From positions 57,412,001-57,476,000 of the forward strand of contig CM060732.1 in NCBI GenBank assembly GCA_030704615.1: a DNA stretch of 64,000 bases, in the 5' to 3' direction. The notes beneath the pieces were generated by a model. That model was not told the DNA's origin. It searched no databases and saw only the letters and a list, made by a program, of their open reading frames with translations. Within the stretch, counting starts at the first letter, position 1. Every line of letters begins with the position of its first letter. A program made the translations under genes and the position numbers. Below are positions 1-10,471 of the stretch, in pieces. The stretch is from Takakia lepidozioides (Eukaryota > Plantae > Bryophyta).

Positions 1-109
1 TTAGGGTATGTAGATTTGCTCATAACTTTGGTCTCTTCGTATTTCTCTGAGTTGTATGTTGATATTCACTCATTGAAGGGTCGTTGAAACTGAATATACG
101 TCCAAGTAT

Positions 110-220
110 ATGCATGATCCACCAGTGGCCATGATCACGGAGGTGTGTAGATTTACTGGGCGATTTACTTGGATTTATGTCGCTTAGGGATGGCGTGCAA
201 GCGGTGGAAAGCATTTCCAG
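110..220 (+). pseudogene. F-box motif remnant (frameshifted)
   Basis: MHDPPVAMITEVCRF followed, in another frame, by LDLCRLGMACKRWK resembles the F-box consensus LP.E+...I...L...DL.R...VCK.W; needs at least one frameshift. Confidence 0.3.
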
Positions 221-711
221 CAACTCCGAATTTATTTATTTTTTATTTTTTTCCCGTTTGTGTGTGCAACCAACTCACGTCGTCCTTCTATGTAACGCGC
301 ACTAATACGTTGCGCAATGACTTTGCAGACAATGAACGCGCGAGAAACACGTCGTGCGGCAGAGTGAAAAAAAAAATAACTGTATGCATCAATATTGAAA
401 TTGCTGAGTCGATTCCACAGTTTGGTTGACTATAAACATACAAAGTGGATTATACAAAGTGTGATGTCCCCATGTTGTGGGGCACGGAAACCTCCCCTTG
501 TTTATGCTTTAGAGAAAGAAGAATGGGAGAAAATTTGTAAAGAAAGAAGAAGAAAAAAACTGTATGGATCTGGATACAGACCCTGTGCTAGCGCCGGGAT
601 CGCAAGTCCTGAAAAAAACAAAGAAAAAAAATGACTACATGAAGAACGACGAGAAGCGCCGGTCCTTGCACAAGACATTTCCCACCAATACTGATGTGTA
701 ACTAGAACCGC

Positions 712-3700
712 CTAGTTTCTTCGAACGTCCAGCGGGACGAACGGTCTCGGATTTCTGAAACTCGGTTTCCCCTTTTTCTTTGCCGAATGTTGGCAACCGG
801 GACGTTGAATGTTTACCACGTTAGATCGATCCAGGGGTGGACGTGCTCTGACCATTGCAAAAATCTCCAACGGGACCGGCTTATCAGTCAACTGGATGAC
901 CTCGGTCTGCACGATCCCCGTTTCCGATGCCGGAGATCCCTCCCGCATGTCGACGGACGGGCCAGCCAGCGGGAAAACCTGTCCAAATGACCGAGCCGCC
1001 GAATCTCGTGACGCGTCCTTGTACGCGCCCAAACAAACCTCTACAACCCGACATTGCAATTTCTGCAACCAACAACGACGTCCTCCGTCAACCCTCGAAT
1101 TGTTTTGTATTTTGTTTTGTTATTTTATTCTATGTCTTGAATGTATTTCCACGATGAACTATGGTTACGCGATGGTGTGGCAGTGCGTACCACCATGACG
1201 TGCGTGGCGTCCCCCCCCCCCCCCGCGAATAAATTGATAGCCGTCATCCCGGAGGCTAGGAACTGGGACAGGGCATCGCTCGTCGTCCTAAGCGGCAGCT
1301 CCTGCTCGTGCACGCGAATCCCATCCAAGTCCCGGTCGTCGTCCGCGTCCTCGTCGAGGAACACGCTCATGATCCGCGCATCGGGTTTGCCGACGACTTT
1401 GGAACGCACCACCTCCGTCGCGTCACGTCCTTCCATAATGTGGAAAACGTAGTTCAACACCTCCACTGGGTCTGTGAGCATACCGCCCCGGAACTGTTCG
1501 GCATGCCGTGCTGGCAGGTAGAACCACTGCTCCATGTGGAATCCAGGCAGGCTCCGAACGTGCGCCACCAGCATGCGCGACGTCGCAGGGTCGGCAATGA
1601 CGCAAACTACCCCCACCCTCGCCGACTGCGTGACCACCAAGAGACTGTCAAAATGCACTGACTCCCAGCGCCCGCCGCCCTTCGCGGTGCTCACGAACAC
1701 TACGGCCGCGCCCGACAGAATTGCGCCCAGGTCCAGCTGATCTAGAGAATCCACCGCCAAAACCCGGAAAGCGTCGGCTGGGGAACGGCCCGCGGCGGCC
1801 GACCCCACGCCATCCATTTTGACGGCCCGCTTCTTCAACTCCAGCAGCCTGACAAACGCCTCCGGCGCGGACTCCTTCGCCACGATCGGCTTGGCCCTTC
1901 CCGCCAGGTACGCCTTCCCCAGCGCGCCCTCCAGCTGCGCCATGTCCGCGCGGTCGAGCTGGTAACGAGCCTTCACGTCCTTCCACTCCCCCAACGTGTA
2001 TGGGCGGAAGTTATCCCGGGAGGGCCGCGAATGCCCGCACTGCGCCATGATGTCGTCGACGACGAATTTGCGTGTCTTGCACTGCGTGCAGAAGGTCCTC
2101 AATCCGACGATAACTGCTTTGCCCTTCCCATCCCGGATGCTCAGCTTCCCGTCCAAAACCTTGTTGGCAACCTTGCGGATGGTGTGGTCATCCAGACCTT
2201 GCAAGCAGGACACCGACGTCTTGGATAGCGGCTCCAGCTCCTTCTTGTACGGGACGCCGTCCGGCCCCACCAGCTCCCCGCACTCCCACAGCCGGAACAC
2301 CCGTTCCCACAAGCTCCATGTGTCTTCGCTCACCTTCACCAGCGACAGCGCCTCCTTCACGCTCTCGCATCCCAGAATGGAGTTCGCCGCGGACATGAAC
2401 TCCTGCACCGGATGGGGAATCGTCAGCTGTATTGTTTTCAAAATTGCGGCTGGCGGGAGAGTATACGAACAAGACAAATTACAACAACAACAATCGACGA
2501 TTGACGTACCGTCCACCTCGCGCCATCTTGAATAGACGGCCGCCTCCGCGAGTGGTAAAACTCTCGACAATGTTTCACCTTCTGCGGGAACGTGGGCTCG
2601 AACGAGTTGTAGGAATTCGGCCGGTTCAGCAGTTTGGACAGTTTGACCAGCCTCAAATCGTCCGTGTTGTACACCACCTTTGCGTTCCACAGTCGAAACG
2701 CGTCCCCCGTTCCTTCCACACAAGCCAATTCCTGCAGCGTTGTGCACATGGTTATCGTCAGCAGAACCCAATCCCACCCTGCCCCACCCCACAACCGGAA
2801 CTATCACTCGCACCGAGAAGAAAAAAAAAACTAAATAAATAAAACATCCGATGCACATCCTACAGACCTTGGCCGCCATCGCAGTATGTTGACCGCCGAT
2901 CACGAAGAACTGGCCGGACGCAATTTCTGCCCATGACGAGGGCTGATCGGGATGCAAGCCATCTGAGCCTGATCGTCGGGGTAGAATGTACAGTGTCATC
3001 CTCTGATCGATGTCGACACAGCTCACGAGCCGGGACTTGATCTCGTCCTTGTGATCCACGTTCATCGGCCGATACACCATGTTGGCAGGCGCCGTGTCAC
3101 AGTTGTGCACGTCGACGCTCACAGCCGGGGAGTCCATCCCAAACGGGAACATGTTGCCGAACTCCGGCCGCAATTGAGCTTTCATCTCGCCGCTCCTGCA
3201 CATGTCGAAGGTGTGGCCGAACTTGGGCGGCATCTTCCCCCGAGAATCCGATGCCCCAGTGGCTACCGCACCCTTCCTTTTGCGTGACGGCGTCGTCACG
3301 GGCGGAACGGGAGTCGGACACATGCGCCGCCAATCTCTCATTACCGCACGCATAACATCCTCCGGAATCCTCCCCGGAGGCGGGACAGTGAATCCGGCCA
3401 TCACCGCCGCAGGCATGGTGTCCGTGTCCATCCTACCGACTTCGTCCACGAAACAGAACACCTTGCCCTCTCGACCGACCTCCCTGATGAACACCGCTAT
3501 AGACCCCTGTGTGTTTTCCAGCGAAACCACGTCGCAAAAACTCAACGTCTTCACTGACGACGAACCTCGATGGAACAGAAACAGCACCTTGTCGTCGTGT
3601 AGCTCCAAACCCCACCCGGTCTCACACGGTGACATATTGTACACTCCGTCGTGTGGCGTGCGGAACCCAACGCCCTTCCCAACCAGAAACGTTCCCGAAA

Positions 3701-3812
3701 TGTCAGAAGAAAACAACATTCTGGCCTGCATCGGTACCCTCGGAACATCGTCGTCCGCACACTGACCCGGTGGGAACATCGTGCTTGACCGAACATCAAA
3801 CGGGATCATCAC
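712..3812 (-). CDS. ParB/Srx-like domain fused to a degenerate N4C/N6A DNA-methyltransferase fold (~909 aa, 4 exons)
   Basis: Exons 3812-2868, 2731-2510, 2402-1191 and 1062-712 are all GT-AG, phase 0 and stop-free. ParB-like YRPMNVDH...FFVIGGQHTAMAAK|EL. The C-terminal LPLRTTSDALSQFLASGMTAINLFAGGGGDATHVMV|KLQCRVVEV matches MTase motifs X-I-II (VLDPFAGSGTT..A..LGR.FIG.E). VFVSTA occupies the expected DPPY position. Confidence 0.7.
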
Positions 3813-5772
3813 ACTAGAAACGACAATGGCGAAACAAAAAATATCAGATTGAAGAGGGAAATACGCATGTCCATTTCCATATATATATATAACGGTGAAT
3901 GTTTATTACTGAAGTTAAACGAGCTAGAGTGATGATAAAATTCCCTCGGAATTGAATTACAGTCGCGGCCTCTGTCCATCAAGTCATCCATCCATCCACC
4001 AGTGTTGTCATAAAGCAAAATAATGGTTTAAAAAAAGTAAAAGTAAAAGAGTGACAATGAATATCTCGGGTTCGCCCTCACCGAAAGGTGTGTATGCCTT
4101 TTGAAGTGTTGGGTGACAGGCATATAAAGACCCCTCGTCCGGCATACGAACCGTACATAGGCCGCTGACATACGATGATATGCGCGTACATGTGTAGGAG
4201 CGTGTGCGCGACTTCCTTGTCAGCGCCTCGAGCATGCAAACAAGATGAGGATGTGTATATAAGGAGAGCAACGTCCAAGGAGAGAATTGAAACACATCAG
4301 CGGGACCATGCTTTCTATGGACGGGAACGACGATGAGGTCGCTCGGCAAGCCGGCACTGGCATCCCGCAAGGGAGAAGGCGGCAAAAAATTCGCTCTCCA
4401 GCCATGGACACAGGCGACCGTCAGATGTTTTGTAACGAACGAACACGTTCTGCACTTGTGGCCAACAACAAAACACGATACGATTGCAAAGAGGCGCAAG
4501 TTGACGATCGGCCCTCGATTTCATCCCGATGCAACCAATGGTTTTTCAGTTCCGATTCTTGTTGAATCATACGCACAGCGCAAGCCCGTATCCATCGCCA
4601 AATAGGAGTGTATGGAGTATGGTCATCTGTATCACACCGTATCGGGTACTTGGTCATTCCTGAATATTGGAAAATTATTTTAAAAAATAAAATTAAAAAG
4701 TCCGATGGACGGATGGAGGTAATCGGTGTCATGTGAGGGGAAATGCCTGGGCCCACGTGTCCGATTTGCCCACGTTTTGCTCCGCCTTCCTCTGCACCAG
4801 GAAGTACACACATGGCGCTCCATAGGCACTCAGTTCCGGATGATAGACCTTCCGTTCCATGAGACGGAATGTATTGTCTGCGAATTATCCCATATCGATT
4901 GCCCGTATTTAGCACCTTGTATAGTATATAAACGGGGGTGAGCTGCAAGGGATTCGAGGGTGGGCTTAGGGTGTTCTTGAGCTACATGCACGTGGTGTCA
5001 CGCGGTCATTAATGCCCGCACAAATATTATACAACGTTTCTCTCTATCAAGTTCCACACGGTTCACATACTCGGGTTCAGCAAGTTGGGGAGGGGAGGCC
5101 ATAGGATGTCGGCTGGCCAGGGTGAAGGTCTCCAATTAAGCACGAATGCCATACAATCCACAGTCGATATGGAGCATGGCAGGGTTCTGGATGGGCCGGG
5201 TACTCCGCACCTGCGGAGGAACGATCCCTCATCCAGCGTCGTCGAGGAGGACCGCCTGGCGACGGTGGTTTGGCCCGGTATCGGGTGGTCGCGGGCGCAG
5301 TCTATGGTCATAATGGGGGCTCGGCGTCTGGCATGGATTCCCAGAAGATTGCAGCCAGGAGTTGACACAAGCGGTGCGCGGCTCGTTGGCATGGCTACGC
5401 CGACGGTGGACGATCGGAAGGGAGTAGATAGAGGCGCCGTCACCCGGATATCTCGGATATGTGAGGCGAAGGAGTGCGCGTGCAAGTTTTTCGAGTGACG
5501 TGCTACTAGTGTGTTTTGTATTATCGTTCCTAGCGGATTGTCGCCTGGTCGACTATAATTTTCTTTTTTCACGGATGTTTTGCTTTCCCCTCTCGTGATA
5601 CAGTGGCAACTCCTCTGTTTATTTTGTTCTCATTGTTACATAATGCTTTTGAAACAAACAATTGTAATAACTATTCAGTCCGTTCAATATAACGGACTCG
5701 GTTGATGATATGAAAGGGTGTATTGTATAATATTTTTTTCCCACAACATTCTAAACATGGTCTCGGGGGCCG

Positions 5773-5773
<1 letters not shown>

Positions 5774-5805
<32 letters not shown>
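5774..5805 (+). repeat. poly-G run (32 nt)
   Basis: Uninterrupted G run, counted directly. Confidence 0.9.
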
Positions 5806-5806
<1 letters not shown>

Positions 5807-6232
5807 GGGACAATGCACAACACAATCCGAGTTCATGAGAACAAAACTGCGGCGCGGTTGTCCAAATGATGGTTGCATACCGATAGACAGTCGCTCAGAT
5901 ATTGGTAATCGGTACATGAGCTGCTAAATTGTGATAGTTCGGACCATTTTTAATTCTTTCTTGGAGCACTTAAAGTTGGAGGAGAAAGCGCCAATGATAC
6001 GGCATTGGGAATGTTCCGGGATTAGCAGAGTGTGTGTTTGCATTCGGTACAACTCACCATTGCCTCGACCTGGCCGCGGTTAGAGAACCGGGGGAAGAAA
6101 GAACGCGATTGCCCACTATAGGATCGGTATTTAACAGGTTGATGTACATGTATTGAGGGGAAACAGAAAAATTTAACGAACAATAAAACAATAAAAATGC
6201 AAAAACAAATGGTACTCATCATGATCCAGTCA

Positions 6233-7873
6233 TTACTTCGGCGCCCCGCCCCTATTCGAATTTCTTTTCCGTTTCTGGCGACCCGGTCCAACGGGATGAG
6301 GAGGGTTGGAAGGACCCTCCTCGACGTTGAGATTCGTCATCAAATCCCCCCGCTCTGATACACAACCTCCTGCGTCGGCGGGATGTTCGCCGGCGGGACG
6401 GTCATCGGAGGATGGTGCCGCACATGGTCTCGCCGGATCGTGACGGCGCGGCTCAACGCGGCGTGCTTGGACATTCAATGTCCATGCAAGCGTGTCCGCT
6501 ATGCTCTGCATTCTCAGCTTCCTTCTCCACACCTGTTTGTCGAGCATGTCCAACTCACGCCGAAGGTCTTCAACTTCGGAATCGGTCTCTTCGCCGCCGG
6601 CTGCCAGTTGAACCCGTGTTTGGTCCGGTTGGAACGCGATCATATGGGTGTCAATTGTGTCCGTGCTGCCCATCCCGGTGGACTCGTCTGCGGAAGACGA
6701 CGGTTCTTCAGCGCGCGCCATCGACTGTCGAAGGCGGTCGTTATCGGCTCTGAGGTCGGCAATCTCTCGCTCTTGTTGTTGGCGCTGGGCCTCACGGGCC
6801 TCCGCGTCCTTCTCCAGCTGGAACACCTTTTGTTCGAGACTATGGATATGCAGCGAAGAACCGTGACCCTCTCCTTTTAACCTCTCTCTCATATGCATGG
6901 TTTCGTGTTTGGCGATGTCTTCAGAGTTCAAACCCAAAAAAAAATCCATTGCAGGCTCGAATTCCGGATGTGGCGGGAGGGGCTCGCGGTCCGAACATGG
7001 CGAGGGGTAGCAGAGGTCCTCCATCATCAAAGAAGGTAATGAATCGTTCCACAAGGATTGAGGATCGAGCTCGACCACGCTGGTCTCGGTCTCCAGTACT
7101 GCGGGATTGAGGGCTCCGACCCCGGGCGTTGTGGATGTCGATGGAGCTGCATTCTCTACCTCATTCAGATCGTGGGCCTTCGTCGAGCCACCGCCTTTGG
7201 TGCGAGGACTCAAGGATTGGGTCGGAGTCCGTGACGAGTCCAATTGCTTGCATGGCCCGCCCTGCTCCAAGCGCGGTGGGATGCCTCCGCTCGCAGGGCT
7301 CCCGTATCGGAGGTTTCGGAGGATGAGCGTGATGGCAGCCCCCGCGTACGAAGACTTCCAACCACAGACCACGTCCCTGAATTCGTTAACGGCGCGATTC
7401 GTCTTCATGCACATGGACTGCATGAGGCCCTTGACGAGGGAGGCATAGTCGGGATGGAGGGAATCTGCTACGTACCCTTGTCCGCTCACAAAGAGTTTGG
7501 ACCCTTGACGGAACATGGTTGTTTCGAGCTCGTGGCCGGGCTGTCTTACTTTCCCACCGACGACGCCGTTTTTTGGGAGTAGGAATACTCGGGCAATGAG
7601 GTCGTCATCGATGCGTTTGCACTCTCCACCGACGTCCACCCAATCTTGTTGAACGTGATTGAGGAACTCCATAACCGGTTGTTGGTCGATCATCGTCCAG
7701 TCGAGACCCACGAAATCGCGGAGGCCCGCTTGTTCAGTCATCCGGACGTGTGGATCAGTGAGCAGTCCCGCCATTGCTGTGACGCGATTCAACACGAAGT
7801 CTTGGCAAGGCGCCATCGCATAGCCTAGATCGACGAGCTCTTGGTGCAACCCGCCAGGGATACGGTCAGTCAA
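6233..7873 (-). CDS. Transposon-associated protein (plant transposon/Athila-ORF1-like N-terminal domain + coiled coil)
   Basis: 546-aa ORF. GLRDFVGLDWTMIDQQPVMEFL...VGGECKRIDDDLIARVFLLP fits the plant transposon-protein pattern; C-terminal heptad-rich region; paralogous to 8014-10122. Confidence 0.55.
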   Translation of the reverse strand: MTDRIPGGLHQELVDLGYAMAPCQDFVLNRVTAMAGLLTDPHVRMTEQAGLRDFVGLDWTMIDQQPVMEFLNHVQQDWVDVGGECKRIDDDLIARVFLLPKNGVVGGKVRQPGHELETTMFRQGSKLFVSGQGYVADSLHPDYASLVKGLMQSMCMKTNRAVNEFRDVVCGWKSSYAGAAITLILRNLRYGSPASGGIPPRLEQGGPCKQLDSSRTPTQSLSPRTKGGGSTKAHDLNEVENAAPSTSTTPGVGALNPAVLETETSVVELDPQSLWNDSLPSLMMEDLCYPSPCSDREPLPPHPEFEPAMDFFLGLNSEDIAKHETMHMRERLKGEGHGSSLHIHSLEQKVFQLEKDAEAREAQRQQQEREIADLRADNDRLRQSMARAEEPSSSADESTGMGSTDTIDTHMIAFQPDQTRVQLAAGGEETDSEVEDLRRELDMLDKQVWRRKLRMQSIADTLAWTLNVQARRVEPRRHDPARPCAAPSSDDRPAGEHPADAGGCVSERGDLMTNLNVEEGPSNPPHPVGPGRQKRKRNSNRGGAPK

Positions 7874-7879
7874 GCCGCA

Positions 7880-7945
7880 TCAGGGTTTGGGGTTTAGGGC
7901 TGGGCTGCGCTGCATCCGGACGTACGCATAGATGGGCCCGCCGTT
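7880..7945. promoter_or_regulatory. Candidate bidirectional promoter with telo-box-like and site II (TGGGCY) motifs
   Basis: AGGGTTTGGGGTTTAGGG plus TGGGCT and TGGGCC in the short gap between two divergent ORFs. Confidence 0.3.
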
Positions 7946-8013
7946 CAATTCCGCGTCATCATTAAGGCGCGCCAAAAGCCGCCCCCCCCCCCCAAACCGG
8001 TCGTTTAGTTGGC

Positions 8014-10122
8014 GTGGTTCGCACACTCTCCTGTTCGCGTTTTTCTCGGGCAATGGCACGAAGGCGACTCTGTTTCACACGACCCTGTGATGCCTGTAAG
8101 TGGTCCGGCCATACAAAAGAGCCTGACGTAGGAGACCTGAAGATCATGGGGCTGTACGAGTTTTTGGTGTGCATCAATTGGTCGTATTTCCATCTCGGGT
8201 GGTGCAAGGAAATGTTGTGTGGAATGGACATTGCGACCATGTGTGCAACCTTCCGCGGGCGCGAGATCAAGTTGACGCCGTTGAAAGCTGGGTGCGCGAG
8301 CGGGGGCCCGTGGAGAGGGGATTCGTGCACCGCACCCAGAGACAACGCGCTCGCGCAGATCATTTTCCTTGCCCATGATGCGGGGTGTGTTTCCGAGCGC
8401 CAAGCAGGGATGCTCGTCCGGGCAGCCAGGGGGGAACGGGTGGGATGGGCGGTGCACCTCCACGGTCTGATCAAGGCCGCCATGCGGATGGTGGTAGAAG
8501 ACGGGCCCCTGTTGGTGTGCTACGTTGGCCCGCACTTGACCCACATCCTGGGGCATGCGATAGGAGACGATGAGCCGACGGAGGCGTTATCCTTCTTTCC
8601 CGGCTCCGGGGAAGGGCGTCCGGTTCGTCCGCGGACATTGCTCATCCGTCCCCCTCCACAAACTGCGTTCAGCCACGTGGCGCCGCGGTCCGGGGAGGGT
8701 GACCTAACCCCCCCGCCTGGCGGCTCGGGGGCTAATTCGCTACAGACTTGCGGTCTTGCCCCTACCTCTCTCGCTCCTGGACGCTCCCAGCGAACGCTTG
8801 GGATGGAGGAAGTTTTCCAGACATGCATCGTGTTGGAGAGGTTTGCGGGTTTGGCGGAGGAATACAAGGCGTGGATAGTCGATGCCTCCCTGCGCTTGTT
8901 TCTGGAGTCCATCGATTGGAAGTTTATCAGTTCCTCCGTGTGCGAGGAGTTTGTAAAGGGGTATGATGTATCAAAACGCACGTTGGACATGGGAGGGCAG
9001 ATCGTCTCCATCGACAAGACCCTGATGAAGACTGTGTTTGGTCTTGATGCCGACTTGGGGTTGGAGGTCACCGAGCAGACATGGGCCCCGCATGCCGTTG
9101 AAGGTCTCTTCCCCGAAGCGGCCGTGTGTGCCGAGGGGAGCCGTCTTGATTTGGGCCGCTGCGGCAACAAGTGTGAGGTCTTGATTGCGCTCAACAACGC
9201 CGTCTTCATGGCGCCTGTCTTCGATTTCGATCCAGCGTCCAAGGGTTTCATGGAAGCCGTGCACGCCTACATCTTGGTGCAGTCCCAGAGCGGATACGTG
9301 TTCAACTAGGCAGAGTACGTCCTCTGCAATCTGACGTGCGAGTTGGAGAGGTCGAAGTCGGGTTTGCAATCCCTCTCGTTCAGTAGCGGCATCGGCTGCC
9401 ACATTTGCCGCATAATCAACGCGTTGCGACTCCCTTACGACGACAGCGACAGTGAGGCGGCCATGGACATCGACGGGCAGGCGGACGCTGGTGTTGTCGG
9501 CGGGATGGCATTGCCGCAGGGCCCGGTTGGAGCTCGGTTGGATGTGATGGCATCGCCGCAGGGGCCGGCTGGAGCTCGGTTGGACGTGATCGTCTCCTGT
9601 GATCTAACCCGGATCGCGGAGCGGGCGGTGTCATCGGCCACAGAAACGTTGGCATCCGCCAAGCGTGGTATGGAAACGGCGAATTGGTTCCAGCGGTCTG
9701 CCGACGATATTCTGGCGACGATGCGGGCTTAACTGGAGAAACGTGTCCAGGTCGTTGAGGATAAGCTGGAGGCTGAGGAAGAGCGGTCGAGGAGGTTGGT
9801 CGAGGATATGGAACGAAAGTGCAATGATACAGAAAAAGTTTTGGATGCGGTCTTGAAGGACAAGGATAAGCTTCGGGTAGAGAAGGATAAGGTCGTGGCT
9901 GACAATGGGAGGCTCCGGGTACAGAGGGATGAGGCCGTGGCTGAGAATAAGACGCTCCGGGCAGAGAGGGATAAGGTCCAGGCTGAGAATGAAAAGCTCC
10001 AGACGAAGACAGATCGTTCGAAACCGACTGGATGCGATCATTCGCGGTCGCATCGACGTTCCACACCCGATGAGTATAGGAGTCGTGACATGCAAATGTT
10101 TGACAGATCAAACCAACGGTAG
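8014..10122 (+). pseudogene. Transposon-associated protein with two copies of the same domain + coiled coil, two nonsense codons
   Basis: ORFs 8014-9309, 9343-9732 and 9796-10122 share one frame, broken by TAG (9307-9309, in FN*AEY, likely NWA) and TAA (9730-9732). Domain copies GLYEFLVCINW..FRGREIKLT and SLRLFLESIDW..MGGQIVSID; 42-bp repeats at ~9503-9586 and ~9865-10000. Confidence 0.65.
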
Positions 10123-10471
10123 GTTTGCATGAGAGGGGTTGTGTGTGGGAGTGTACATATCATTGTTAGTATCCACACATTTTGGGAAATGCTCATCGTT
10201 TTCATTGAAAATGAAATATCCCTCCTCATTGGGTAAATAAAGAGTTTTGTTTCGACATGCCCATAGACAAGTCCTCTTTCACCTCTCTACGAGATGGAAA
10301 AAAAAATGAATGTAAACGGAAACTGTTTAAAAAAATAATAATGTCCGATGTCGTTGCAGGGTTCGTCATCCCTTCCACACGGTGATGGGGGTCTCCGCCG
10401 AGAAGGTCGTTCGTCGCCGGAGCCTCTCTAACAACTGCATGTCAAGTTTACGAAACGTATTTAGTGACAAT

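Noticed and set aside
1125-3812. 895-aa single ORF as the real protein
   Set aside because: It reads through two introns and the wrong frame of exon 2; the spliced model restores the motifs.
8520-10111. Long antisense ORFs (243 and 231 aa)
   Set aside because: Shadow frames of GC-rich coding and repeat sequence on the plus strand.
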